DNA from: Escherichia coli
GTDB lineage: Bacteria > Pseudomonadota > Gammaproteobacteria > Enterobacterales > Enterobacteriaceae
Direction: 5' to 3' (one strand)
DNA: 64,000 bases
NCBI RefSeq assembly: GCF_036507355.1
Contig: NZ_AP027877.1
This document shows, piece by piece, positions 21,707 to 37,167 of the stretch (position 1 is its first letter; each line of letters starts with the position of its first letter). A model generated the notes under the pieces. That model saw nothing but the letters and a program-made list of their open reading frames with translations, had not been told where the DNA came from and ran no database searches. Both the position numbers and the translations under genes were made by a program.

Positions 21707-22700
21707 ATTGCTGCGCAATGTTGACTCTTGTCACTGGCGAACTCTGACGATTCTCCCACAGCACCGTTAATCCACGCTGTAATGCTATAAAAATAAACAA
21801 CAAAATACCGATGGCGATTTTCGTCCACCAGGAACTCAGCGTGCCATCAAAGTTTATGTAAGTCTGAATCAGTCCCTGAATCGCCACGCCAAAAAGCGTC
21901 CCTAATACCGTTCCAACGCCACCGCTCAAAAGCGTACCGCCAATTACCACTGAGGCGATAGCATCCAGTTCCACACCTACGCCCGCCAGCGCATATCCGG
22001 CCTGGGTATAAATCGAGAAGACAATCCCCGCCAGCGTTGCCAGTCCGGTGGAGAGCATATAAATGCGAATAGTGGTGCTGCGAGTGGAAATCCCCATCAG
22101 ATTCGCCGACGTTGCGTTGCCGCCAATGGCGTATACCTGATTACCAAAACGGGTACGATGCGCGAGGAATATGCCGATAACCACCACCGCCAACATCAGC
22201 AGTCCCATCGCACTTAAGCGACCGCCGCCAGGGATTTTCCACGCAAGGCTTGAGAGCGTGTCATAAATGGGATGGTTTATCGGAATCGACTCTTCCGAAA
22301 CGAGATAGCTGACGCCGCGCAAAAAGAACATCCCCGCAAGCGTAATGATAAATGCCGGGATCTTCAGGGCGTCGATCAGAAGCCCCATAAATGCGCCGAA
22401 GGCACAGCCCATCACCAGCACTAGCGGAAACGCCAGCAGCGGCGAGAGGCCGAAATCGCCAACCACTTTTGCCAGAAACACGCCAGTAAAGGCGATCACC
22501 GAACCGACGGAGAGATCGATACCGCCAGAGAGGATCACAAAGGTCATGCCAACGGCGATTATCCCAAGAAAGGCGTTATCGGTCAGGATATTGCAGATCA
22601 CCCTTGTGGAAGCAAAACCGGGAAACTGGGTCAGGCAGTAGAGATAGCCCAGCACAAAGACGCCGATGGTGATCATCAGCGGCAAGTTACGTTTTATCAT
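21705..22700 (-). CDS. yjfF: Galactofuranose ABC transporter permease YjfF
   Basis: 331-aa polytopic membrane ORF, last gene of the ytfQRT-yjfF cluster. Confidence 0.92.
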   Translation of the reverse strand: MIKRNLPLMITIGVFVLGYLYCLTQFPGFASTRVICNILTDNAFLGIIAVGMTFVILSGGIDLSVGSVIAFTGVFLAKVVGDFGLSPLLAFPLVLVMGCAFGAFMGLLIDALKIPAFIITLAGMFFLRGVSYLVSEESIPINHPIYDTLSSLAWKIPGGGRLSAMGLLMLAVVVIGIFLAHRTRFGNQVYAIGGNATSANLMGISTRSTTIRIYMLSTGLATLAGIVFSIYTQAGYALAGVGVELDAIASVVIGGTLLSGGVGTVLGTLFGVAIQGLIQTYINFDGTLSSWWTKIAIGILLFIFIALQRGLTVLWENRQSSPVTRVNIAQQ

Positions 22701-23709
22701 GGCTACGTACTCCTTTAATCAGACTGATAAAGCGTTGCGACTGAACAATCAGCACACAAAGCACCACCACCGCTTTCACCACCTGGTTCATCTCCGGCGG
22801 AAAGCCCGAAAGCAAAATTCCGGTGTTCATCCCCTGAATAATCAGCGCCCCCACCACCGAAAGCAGCAGGTTAAAGCGCCCGCCCATCAGCGATCCGCCG
22901 CCAATCACCACCGCGAGAATGGCGTCCAGCTCCAGCCATAACCCGGCGTTATTGGCATCGGCACCGCGAATATCCGCCGCCACGATAATGCCCGCAATCG
23001 CCGCACATAGCCCGCTCAACACGTAGGTGAGCATGACGATGATTCGTGTGTTGACTCCGGCATTTTTTGCCGCCCGAATGTTGATACCAACGGCTTCGAT
23101 AAACATCCCCAGCGCCGTTTTGCGGGTCAACAGCCAGAACAGGAGAAGCGTCAGCACCGCGATAATGACCGGCGTTGGCAGGAACAACAGCGATCCGCTG
23201 CCAAACCATGAGAGATCCGGCGAGTTAAACGTGACGATCTGCCCGGCGGTGATCAGTTGCGCCACGCCGCGCCCGGCGACCATCAGGATCAGGGTGGCGA
23301 CAAACGGCTGAATTTTGAGGATCGCTACCAGTATGCCGTTCCACAATCCCGCCAGGATGCCGGTGCCCAGGGCGCTTAACAAAACAATCGGCAGGCTGAA
23401 TCCCGCGACCGTCATCGCAGCCGTTGTGGCTCCGGCGATAGCCATCACCGCCCCCACAGAGAGATCGATACCACCGGTGGCGATCACCAGCGTCATACCA
23501 ATCGCCAGTAACGCAACGGGAGCTGCACGGTTAAGAATGTCGATAGGGCTACCGAACAAACGCCCATCCTGAAGCACCACCTGCCAGAAATGGGGGGCTA
23601 CCAGGCTATCGACCAGCAGCACCAGCAACAGTGCCGCCAGCTGCGGCATCCCCGTCGGCCAGTGAAAACGCCTTTTTGGCGGCGTAGTGTCAGGGAGAGA
23701 TTGAGGCAT
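22687..23709 (-). CDS. ytfT: Galactofuranose ABC transporter permease YtfT
   Basis: Polytopic membrane ORF (348 aa in track); start chosen at internal ATG, exact start uncertain. Confidence 0.88.
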   Translation of the reverse strand: MPQSLPDTTPPKRRFHWPTGMPQLAALLLVLLVDSLVAPHFWQVVLQDGRLFGSPIDILNRAAPVALLAIGMTLVIATGGIDLSVGAVMAIAGATTAAMTVAGFSLPIVLLSALGTGILAGLWNGILVAILKIQPFVATLILMVAGRGVAQLITAGQIVTFNSPDLSWFGSGSLLFLPTPVIIAVLTLLLFWLLTRKTALGMFIEAVGINIRAAKNAGVNTRIIVMLTYVLSGLCAAIAGIIVAADIRGADANNAGLWLELDAILAVVIGGGSLMGGRFNLLLSVVGALIIQGMNTGILLSGFPPEMNQVVKAVVVLCVLIVQSQRFISLIKGVRSHDKT

Positions 23710-23722
23710 CACACTGTTCTCC

Positions 23723-25235
23723 TTACGCCGCAATGGCGTTCATGATCGCCGGAACGGAAAGCTGTGCCAGCGGGATCTCCGCCACCTGTTTGCGATCGCG
23801 CATGATGATCACCCGGTCGGCATAGCCCACCAGCTCTTCCAGTTCGGAGGAGATCACCAGCAGCGCCAGACCGTCAGCACACAGCGTTTCAATCAGGCGG
23901 ATGATCTCGGCGTGGGCACCAACATCAATGCCACGGGTTGGCTCATCAAGGATCAGAAATTGCGGTCGGGTTAGTAGCCAACGTGAAAGCAGCACTTTTT
24001 GCTGATTGCCACCGGAGAGAAATTCAATCGGTTGTTCAGTTGAAGGTGTGCGAATGCCAAGCTGGCGGATAAAGCGTTCGGCAATCTCTTGCTGCTCTTT
24101 GCGGGAAATGGGTCGTAGCCAGCCGCGCTGGGCCTGGAGAGCGAGGATGATATTTTCCCGCACCGAGGCGGCGGCGATGATGCCATCGGTTTTCCTGTCT
24201 TCCGGGCAGAATCCGATGCCCAGTACTGAAGCCTGATGTGGCGATCGCAGGGTTTGCGGTTTGCCTTTGATCAACGCCGTGCCGCTGTCAGCAGGTTTGA
24301 TACCGAAGATCACTTCGGCGGTTTCGGTACGTCCGGATCCCAGCAAGCCAGCCAGACCGACGATCTCGCCGGGGTGCACTTCGAGATCAAACGGTGCTAT
24401 CGTTCCTTTTTTGCCGTAATTTTTGAACGCGGCAACGGGTTTGTCGCTCAACAATGTTCGCCCGGCACGCTGTAGCGCGTGGGTATCCAGCTCGCGCCCC
24501 AGCATCATTTTTACCAGTTCGATCTGCGGTAGCTCGCGCGTTTCCCGACAGCCTACGAAACTGCCGTTGCGTAAGACGGTGATCCGATCGCTGACCTGAT
24601 AGACCTGATCGAGAAAGTGAGTGACAAAGATCAGGCTGACGCCGCGATCGCGCAACTGACGCATCAGGCCAAATAATAGCTCCACTTCCTGGGTGTCGAG
24701 GCTGGCGGTGGGTTCATCGAGGATCAGCACTTTGGCGGAGAGATCGATAGCCCGGCAAATGGCGACGATTTGCTGCATCGCCACCGAAAAACGGTTAAGC
24801 GGTTCGCGCACGTCGAGGGAGAAACCGTAAGATGCCATCAGTTCGGTGGCGCGCTTTTCCATCTCTTTACGGCGTAGAAGGCCGAAACGTTTGGGTTCGC
24901 GACCTATGAATAGATTATCAGCAACCGACATATTGGGTAGCAGGTTGACTTCCTGATAGACGGTGCCGATACCGAGTTGTTGTGCATGGGCGGTATTTTT
25001 CGGTGAGATAGCCTGGCCTTCCAGCCAGATGGTGCCGCGATCGGCGTGGTATACACCAGTTAATGCTTTGATTAGCTTTGATTAGCGTTGATTTTCCCGC
25101 CCCGTTTTCACCAAGCAGCGCCATGATTTCGCCACGGCGCAGGCTGAAATCAACGTTGTCTAACGCTTTGACGCCGGGGAAAAATTTACTTAATCCTTCG
25201 GTGCGGAGGATCTCCTGGTGTTGGTCGGTCGTCAT
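23723..25235 (-). pseudogene. ytfR: ytfR (galactofuranose ABC transporter ATPase, two NBDs) inactivated by a +10-bp frameshift
   Basis: ORF track splits it into 24918..25235 (first 54 residues through Walker [14 protein letters not shown], then out-of-frame tail) and 23723..24931 (remainder, [16 protein letters not shown]...). Span is 1513 bp versus 1503 bp expected for the 500-aa K-12 protein (from memory). Confidence 0.85.
25066..25085. repeat. Perfect 10-bp tandem duplication (CTTTGATTAG x2) causing the ytfR frameshift
   Basis: Plus strand reads taatg-CTTTGATTAG-CTTTGATTAG-cgttgatttt; a degenerate third copy follows. Confidence 0.9.
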
Positions 25236-25266
25236 GGTTTCCCCCGGTGTAAAGCGTGCTCCCAGT

Positions 25267-25365
25267 AGGCATGATAAGACGCGGTAAGCGTCGAATCAGG
25301 CTTCAGTGCACCATCGCCGGATGCGGCGCGAGCGCCTTATCCGGCCTACGAATCGGCATCAGGCA
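25267..25365. repeat. REP element cluster
   Basis: GCATGATAAGACGCGGTAAGCGTCGAATCAGGC and GCCGGATGCGGCGCGAGCGCCTTATCCGGCCTAC units between ytfR and ytfQ. Confidence 0.85.
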
Positions 25366-25374
25366 TAGCAACCC

Positions 25375-26331
25375 TCAATACCCCATATTTTTCTTCTTCT
25401 CTAACTCTTCTTTTGCGGTATCAGGCAGGTAAAGGGTGGATTTGGTTAACGTCAGCTTTTCAGGCATGGTGCCGTCTTTTTTGTATTTCTCCAGCGCATC
25501 GAAAGCGGGTCCTGCCATGTTCGGCGTCAGTTCAACACTGGCGTTCGCTTCGCCATCCATCATCGCTTTGTAGATGTCCGGTACACCGTCAATGGAACCC
25601 GTGAGGATATCTTTGCCCGGTTTCAGGCCCGCTTCTTTAATTGCCTGAATTGCACCAATCACCATGTCGTCGTTATGGGCGTAAACCATGCAGATGTTTT
25701 TGCCGTTGTTTTCCGCTTTGATAAAGCTCTCCATGACTTCTTTGCCTTTACTGCGGGTGAAGTCACCTGACTGCGAGCGGATAATTTTGATATTTGGCGC
25801 ATTCTTAATGGCTTCGGCAAAGCCTTTCTTACGGTCAATGGCGACGCTGGCCCCAACGGTGCCCTGCAGCTCCACCACGTTGCATGGTTTGCCATTCACT
25901 TCTTTTACCAGCCAGTCACCGATCAACTTACCTTCGAGGATGTTGTCGGCAGTAACGGTGGTCATATAGAGAGATTTGTCTTTCACATCGATGGAACGGT
26001 CGAGCAAGAAGACCGGGATTTCGGCATCTTTCGCCTCTTTTAATACCGGTTCCCAACCCGTCGCAACCACTGGAGCGATAAAGATCGCATCCACCCCTTG
26101 TGCAACGAAGGAACGTACCGCTTTAATCTGGTTTTCCTGCTTTTGCTGACCATCGGCAATTTTCAACGTAATTCCGCGTTTTTCGGCCTCACTTTTCGCC
26201 ACATTGGTTTCTGCGGCGCGCCAGCCGGATTCCGATCCGACCTGCGAAAATCCTACGGTTAATGGAGCGGCCAACGCCATAGACGACATGGCTGCCGAGA
26301 CTGCAGAGACTACAAGTAAGCGTTTCCACAT
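25375..26331 (-). CDS. ytfQ: Periplasmic galactofuranose-binding protein YtfQ
   Basis: 318-aa ORF with signal peptide; periplasmic sugar-binding fold family. Confidence 0.93.
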   Translation of the reverse strand: MWKRLLVVSAVSAAMSSMALAAPLTVGFSQVGSESGWRAAETNVAKSEAEKRGITLKIADGQQKQENQIKAVRSFVAQGVDAIFIAPVVATGWEPVLKEAKDAEIPVFLLDRSIDVKDKSLYMTTVTADNILEGKLIGDWLVKEVNGKPCNVVELQGTVGASVAIDRKKGFAEAIKNAPNIKIIRSQSGDFTRSKGKEVMESFIKAENNGKNICMVYAHNDDMVIGAIQAIKEAGLKPGKDILTGSIDGVPDIYKAMMDGEANASVELTPNMAGPAFDALEKYKKDGTMPEKLTLTKSTLYLPDTAKEELEKKKNMGY

Positions 26332-26640
26332 AGGGTTGTCCTCGTCGGGGTAATTATTATTGGTGAAAAGATGTTCGCGAAAAAACTATAGACAATTCGT
26401 TATGTAACGGATTGCGTTACATCACACTTCAAAAAAGTAAATAAAACGTTAATCACAAGTTTGTAATCGCTTTCATCTCACTATGAAAAATGCGGCTACG
26501 GTTATGGATTTTCCTGCTCTGTATACCGTCTTAAAACTGGCGAAAAAGGAAAATGAAGACGAAAACAAGCAAAGACATTCGGCGCGAGTTGGCTATAATA
26601 CTCGGCACTTGTTTGCCACATATTTTTAAAGGAAACAGAC

Positions 26641-27171
26641 ATGAGCTTACTCAACGTCCCTGCGGGTAAAGATCTGCCGGAAGACATCTACGTTGTTATT
26701 GAGATCCCGGCTAACGCAGATCCGATCAAATACGAAATCGACAAAGAGAGCGGCGCACTGTTCGTTGACCGCTTCATGTCCACCGCGATGTTCTATCCGT
26801 GCAACTACGGTTACATCAACCACACCCTGTCTCTGGACGGTGACCCGGTTGACGTACTGGTCCCGACTCCGTACCCGCTGCAGCCGGGTTCTGTGATCCG
26901 TTGCCGTCCGGTTGGCGTTCTGAAAATGACCGACGAAGCCGGTGAAGATGCGAAACTGGTTGCGGTTCCGCACAGCAAGCTGAGCAAAGAATACGATCAC
27001 ATTAAAGACGTAAACGATCTGCCTGAACTGCTGAAAGCGCAAATCGCTCACTTCTTCGAGCACTACAAAGACCTCGAAAAAGGCAAGTGGGTGAAAGTTG
27101 AAGGTTGGGAAAACGCAGAAGCCGCTAAAGCTGAAATCGTTGCTTCCTTCGAGCGCGCAAAGAATAAATAA
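26641..27171 (+). CDS. ppa: Inorganic pyrophosphatase
   Basis: 176-aa ORF with DGDPVDVLV motif. Confidence 0.97.
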   Translation: MSLLNVPAGKDLPEDIYVVIEIPANADPIKYEIDKESGALFVDRFMSTAMFYPCNYGYINHTLSLDGDPVDVLVPTPYPLQPGSVIRCRPVGVLKMTDEAGEDAKLVAVPHSKLSKEYDHIKDVNDLPELLKAQIAHFFEHYKDLEKGKWVKVEGWENAEAAKAEIVASFERAKNK

Positions 27172-27516
27172 GTTCTTCTAGCGCAATAACCCTGAACGCC
27201 GGGCTTCGGTTAGTAAGGGTTTTTTTATGCCCGCGATAAATAAACTCTCTATTCCACCATCATTATTCTCAGCGGTTGCAAGGCTTGAACGGTAAGAACA
27301 AGCAAACCCGACCACCATTTTGCTGTTCATAGCCACTTGCTGGAAGTTAGCCGACCTCACTCATACTCACCGTTCAAAGCGTGCCCCCGTTTTACCCCTG
27401 CACATTTGTGAACGCCAGCAGAGTTTTTTATGCGATTGCAGATATGGAAAGCGGCTCGGAGAGAAAAGCAAAAGATGGAAAAGTTACAAAAAAAAATCGC
27501 GAGATACATCGCATAA

Positions 27517-27550
27517 AACAACGCCACCCGAAGGTGGCGTGCTTTTATTA
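27517..27550 (-). terminator. Rho-independent terminator downstream of ytfP
   Basis: Minus strand GCCACC-TTCG-GGTGGC hairpin followed by a T-rich run, directly after the ytfP stop. Confidence 0.7.
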
Positions 27551-27892
27551 TTACTTATCCCTGTCTAACCAGTCGCCGCTTTCAATTAGCTTTAATCCAT
27601 CGACGGGTCGTTGATAAACGTACATCCATGCACTCCCGTACGGCGTCTGAATCAACTGGCGCGCGTATTCACCGCCCCTGGTGCGCAAGGCATCAAGTTC
27701 GGCCAGCGTGGCGTTGTCAATACGATAAACTTCACCGTGTACCGTTCCGTTCCCCGGAACTGCGCCTGGATAGTGGCCCAGGCTATACAACTGGTAGTTA
27801 TCGATACTGAAATCGCCCAGTAACTGGGCATTGGTCATCCAGTGACTGTTGCCTTGTTTGTGGCGTAAACTGCCGTAGACAAATATTCGCAT
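27551..27892 (-). CDS. ytfP: Gamma-glutamylcyclotransferase-like protein YtfP
   Basis: 113-aa ORF (MRIFVYGSLRHKQGNSHW...), AIG2/GGCT-like. Confidence 0.9.
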   Translation of the reverse strand: MRIFVYGSLRHKQGNSHWMTNAQLLGDFSIDNYQLYSLGHYPGAVPGNGTVHGEVYRIDNATLAELDALRTRGGEYARQLIQTPYGSAWMYVYQRPVDGLKLIESGDWLDRDK

Positions 27893-27894
27893 TG

Positions 27895-33446
<5,552 letters not shown>

Positions 33447-33609
33447 TTAAACGGCTTAACAAAAATCCAGTAATATGGATTAAAAAGCAGACTAAACCCC
33501 AAATATTTCTTATGTTTTACTTTAGACCTATTCACGGTGGTTATTGTGTGCAAATACGCCTCTTGTTACAACCTTAACCCCAATGACCGATTTTCGGGAG
33601 AGCGACACC

Positions 33610-34248
33610 ATGAGTTTATTTGATAAAAAGCATCTGGTTTCCCCCGCCGATGCCCTGCCTGGACGTAACACCCCGATGCCCGTAGCCACGCTGCATGCGG
33701 TCAACGGTCACTCAATGACCAATGTACCTGACGGAATGGAGATTGCCATTTTTGCGATGGGTTGTTTCTGGGGTGTGGAGCGTCTGTTCTGGCAGTTACC
33801 CGGCGTTTACAGCACCGCCGCAGGTTATACCGGCGGCTATACGCCAAATCCGACTTATCGGGAAGTGTGCTCCGGTGATACTGGTCATGCCGAAGCGGTA
33901 CGCGTTGTTTACGATCCTTCCGTCATCAGCTATGAGCAGTTGCTACAGGTATTTTGGGAGAATCACGATCCCGCCCAGGGAATGCGTCAGGGCAATGACC
34001 ACGGCACGCAGTATCGTTCAGCGATTTATCCGCTGACCCCAGAACAGGATGCCGCAGCTCGCGCCAGTCTGGAACGTTTTCAGGCGGCGATGCTTGCCGC
34101 CGATGACGATCGTCGCATCACCACGGAAATCGCTAACGCCACACCGTTTTATTATGCCGAAGATGACCACCAGCAATATCTGCATAAAAACCCATATGGT
34201 TACTGTGGAATTGGCGGAATTGGCGTCTGTCTGCCGCCGGAAGCATAG
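33610..34248 (+). CDS. msrA: Peptide methionine sulfoxide reductase A
   Basis: 212 aa from ATG at 33610 ([10 protein letters not shown]); catalytic GCFWG motif. Confidence 0.95.
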   Translation: MSLFDKKHLVSPADALPGRNTPMPVATLHAVNGHSMTNVPDGMEIAIFAMGCFWGVERLFWQLPGVYSTAAGYTGGYTPNPTYREVCSGDTGHAEAVRVVYDPSVISYEQLLQVFWENHDPAQGMRQGNDHGTQYRSAIYPLTPEQDAAARASLERFQAAMLAADDDRRITTEIANATPFYYAEDDHQQYLHKNPYGYCGIGGIGVCLPPEA

Positions 34249-34295
34249 CGTTACGGGTACAAATGTAGTTTGTTGATAAAGTGCTCTTTGTCTAT

Positions 34296-34400
34296 GCCTG
34301 ATGCGGCGTAAACGACTTACCAGGCCTACAAAATCGTCCAAATTCAATATATTGCAAGGACTGCGTAGGCCTGATCGGCATAGCGTATCAGGCAGTTTTG
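34296..34400. repeat. REP element cluster
   Basis: GCCTGATGCGGCGTAAACGACTTACCAGGCCTAC and CGTAGGCCTGATCGGCATAGCGTATCAGGC units between msrA and ytfL. Confidence 0.85.
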
Positions 34401-34570
34401 CATTTTTCAGCTGTCTGAATTTTAACCCTCTGGCGGCTTTACAGTACCTTACGCTATACTAGCCACTGAAAATGCCGGTTCACTTTCTTCGAATCGGCTT
34501 TCAATGTGTATTTCACACAAATTAATCAACTTCCCCTTCCGAGGATCTGGCCTGAAAGGTCGGATAAGAT

Positions 34571-35914
34571 ATGTTAAACAGTATTTTAGTCATACTCTGC
34601 TTGATCGCTGTAAGTGCGTTCTTCTCGATGTCCGAGATCTCGCTTGCCGCCTCACGCAAAATCAAACTTAAACTGCTGGCTGATGAAGGCAATATAAATG
34701 CCCAACGCGTTCTGAATATGCAGGAAAATCCCGGCATGTTCTTTACCGTGGTCCAAATCGGTCTGAACGCAGTGGCGATTCTCGGCGGTATCGTCGGTGA
34801 TGCGGCATTTTCTCCAGCTTTTCACAGCCTGTTCTCCCGCTATATGTCGGCAGAGCTCTCTGAGCAACTGAGCTTTATTCTCTCTTTCTCGTTAGTGACT
34901 GGCATGTTTATCCTGTTTGCGGATTTAACCCCGAAACGCATCGGTATGATTGCGCCAGAAGCTGTGGCTTTGCGTATCATCAACCCGATGCGCTTCTGCC
35001 TGTACGTTTGCACCCCGCTGGTGTGGTTCTTCAACGGCCTGGCGAACATAATCTTCCGTATTTTCAAACTGCCAATGGTACGTAAAGATGACATCACTTC
35101 TGATGACATCTACGCGGTAGTGGAAGCCGGTGCGCTGGCGGGCGTGTTACGTAAACAGGAACACGAGCTGATTGAAAACGTCTTTGAGCTGGAATCCCGT
35201 ACCGTTCCGTCTTCAATGACACCGCGTGAAAACGTGATTTGGTTTGATCTCCACGAAGATGAGCAAAGCCTGAAGAATAAGGTGGCGGAACATCCGCACT
35301 CTAAGTTCCTCGTCTGTAATGAAGATATTGACCACATCATCGGTTATGTCGATTCTAAAGACCTGCTGAACCGCGTGCTGGCTAACCAAAGCTTGGCACT
35401 GAACAGCGGCGTACAAATTCGCAACACGCTGATTGTGCCGGATACGTTAACCCTTTCAGAGGCGTTGGAAAGTTTTAAAACCGCAGGTGAAGACTTCGCG
35501 GTGATCATGAACGAGTACGCGCTGGTGGTGGGGATCATCACCCTCAATGACGTGATGACCACGCTGATGGGCGATCTGGTCGGTCAGGGGCTGGAAGAGC
35601 AGATTGTCGCCCGTGATGAGAACTCATGGCTGATTGACGGCGGCACCCCAATTGACGACGTCATGCGCGTGCTGGATATTGACGAGTTCCCGCAGTCGGG
35701 CAACTACGAAACCATCGGCGGCTTTATGATGTTTATGCTGCGTAAGATCCCGAAACGCACCGATTCGGTGAAATTCGCCGGCTACAAATTTGAAGTGGTG
35801 GATATCGATAACTACCGCATCGACCAGCTGCTGGTGACCCGGATCGACAGCAAGGCCACCGCCCTTTCGCCAAAACTGCCTGACGCTAAAGATAAAGAAG
35901 AAAGCGTCGCGTAA
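34571..35914 (+). CDS. ytfL: CNNM/CorC-family inner membrane protein YtfL (DUF21 + CBS + CorC_HlyC)
   Basis: 447-aa ORF, domain architecture recalled for the family. Confidence 0.92.
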   Translation: MLNSILVILCLIAVSAFFSMSEISLAASRKIKLKLLADEGNINAQRVLNMQENPGMFFTVVQIGLNAVAILGGIVGDAAFSPAFHSLFSRYMSAELSEQLSFILSFSLVTGMFILFADLTPKRIGMIAPEAVALRIINPMRFCLYVCTPLVWFFNGLANIIFRIFKLPMVRKDDITSDDIYAVVEAGALAGVLRKQEHELIENVFELESRTVPSSMTPRENVIWFDLHEDEQSLKNKVAEHPHSKFLVCNEDIDHIIGYVDSKDLLNRVLANQSLALNSGVQIRNTLIVPDTLTLSEALESFKTAGEDFAVIMNEYALVVGIITLNDVMTTLMGDLVGQGLEEQIVARDENSWLIDGGTPIDDVMRVLDIDEFPQSGNYETIGGFMMFMLRKIPKRTDSVKFAGYKFEVVDIDNYRIDQLLVTRIDSKATALSPKLPDAKDKEESVA

Positions 35915-35930
35915 CCCCCAGAAACATCAA

Positions 35931-35956
35931 CGGCTCCTGAATCAGGAGCCGTCTTA
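35931..35956 (+). terminator. Rho-independent terminator after ytfL
   Basis: CGGCTCCTG-AAT-CAGGAGCCG stem followed by TCTTATT. Confidence 0.7.
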
Positions 35957-35990
35957 TTACTGCATAGCACTTTTTACTGCATAGCACTTT
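35957..35990. repeat. Perfect 17-bp tandem direct repeat (TTACTGCATAGCACTTT x2)
   Basis: Two identical 17-mers back to back, ending 2 bp before the ytfK stop codon. Confidence 0.9.
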
Positions 35991-35992
35991 GG

Positions 35993-36199
35993 TTAAGCCA
36001 TCTCTGTTTGCAGACGCATAACCTGACGGTTAACTTCGGACATCACTGACAAATGCAGCTTATCCTTCACTTTTGGGATAAGAATCTTACCCTTATCAAA
36101 TTCAAAAGCGCCAACGTCCTTGATGTATAACCGTCCACGGAACAGGATCTTTACGTACTTCGCCACCTGAAGTGGGTTGTACCGTTGGAAAATTTTCAT
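35993..36199 (-). CDS. ytfK: Small protein YtfK (DUF1107)
   Basis: 68 aa from internal ATG ([20 protein letters not shown]...). Confidence 0.88.
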
Positions 36200-36523
36200 T
36201 GTTATCTCCTGCTGAGTATTACGCCTGTGCGGTGCCACAATCGGCCCAACTATTATGAGGCGCAAATTTTAATGCTTAGTGACTATAGACTATCCGGGCA
36301 ATGTTTCCACCGCGTATAACTTTTTTTACCTAAAGGTTACAATTATTCAGAATTATCTTTTTACCGAAGCGCGGTCTTCAGTATAAGCATTCATTTTTCA
36401 TATGATTTGTGCGCTTGACCGCAAACTGGCATCACACTTGCGGGAAATTCGATAAATAGCACATATGATTAAAACTCAGACCCAAGTGGTCGGATCACCT
36501 GCATATCATAAGAAGGAAACACC

Positions 36524-37078
36524 ATGACCCTACGCAAGATTCTGGCACTCACCTGCCTGCTGTTGCCGATGATGGCTTCCGCACATCAGTTCGAAACCGG
36601 TCAGCGAGTGCCGCCGATTGGCATTACCGATCGGGGCGAGTTGGTGCTTGATAAAGATCAGTTTAGCTACAAAACCTGGAACAGCGCGCAGTTAGTGGGA
36701 AAAGTGCGAGTACTGCAACATATTGCTGGTCGCACCTCTGCAAAAGAGAAAAACGCGACGCTGATTGAAGCGATTAAATCAGCGAAGTTACCGCACGATC
36801 GTTACCAGACCACCACCATTGTTAACACCGACGACGCGATTCCGGGTTCCGGCATGTTTGTGCGCAGCAGTCTGGAGAGTAATAAAAAGCTTTATCCCTG
36901 GTCGCAGTTTATTGTCGATAGCAATGGCGTCGCGCGCGGTGCCTGGCAGCTGGATGAAGAAAGTTCTGCTGTAGTGGTGCTGGATAAGGATGGTCGCGTG
37001 CAATGGGCCAAAGACGGGGCGCTCACACCGGAAGAGGTGCAGCAAGTGATGGACCTGCTGCAAAAGTTGCTCAAATAA
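36524..37078 (+). CDS. ytfJ: Periplasmic protein YtfJ
   Basis: 184-aa ORF with signal peptide (MTLRKILALTCLLLPMMASA). Confidence 0.9.
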   Translation: MTLRKILALTCLLLPMMASAHQFETGQRVPPIGITDRGELVLDKDQFSYKTWNSAQLVGKVRVLQHIAGRTSAKEKNATLIEAIKSAKLPHDRYQTTTIVNTDDAIPGSGMFVRSSLESNKKLYPWSQFIVDSNGVARGAWQLDEESSAVVVLDKDGRVQWAKDGALTPEEVQQVMDLLQKLLK

Positions 37079-37111
37079 TGGCAATAACATAAATTCTGCA
37101 AAAATAATTTT

Positions 37112-37138
37112 CCCCTATCGTTATCTATGGGATAGGGG
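37112..37138. terminator. Bidirectional hairpin between convergent ytfJ and ytfI
   Basis: CCCCTATC-N11-GATAGGGG inverted repeat flanked by A/T runs. Confidence 0.6.
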
Positions 37139-37167
37139 AATTAAGTCTCTGAGTTCTTACGCCGAAC

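Noticed and set aside
27172-27550. Cryptic toxin-antitoxin or small-protein genes in the ppa-ytfP gap (track ORFs 27178..27360, 27320..27568, 27381..27614)
   Set aside because: The ORFs overlap each other in different frames, lack ribosome-binding sites and show no toxin or antitoxin motifs; the gap is better explained by terminators for the two convergent genes.
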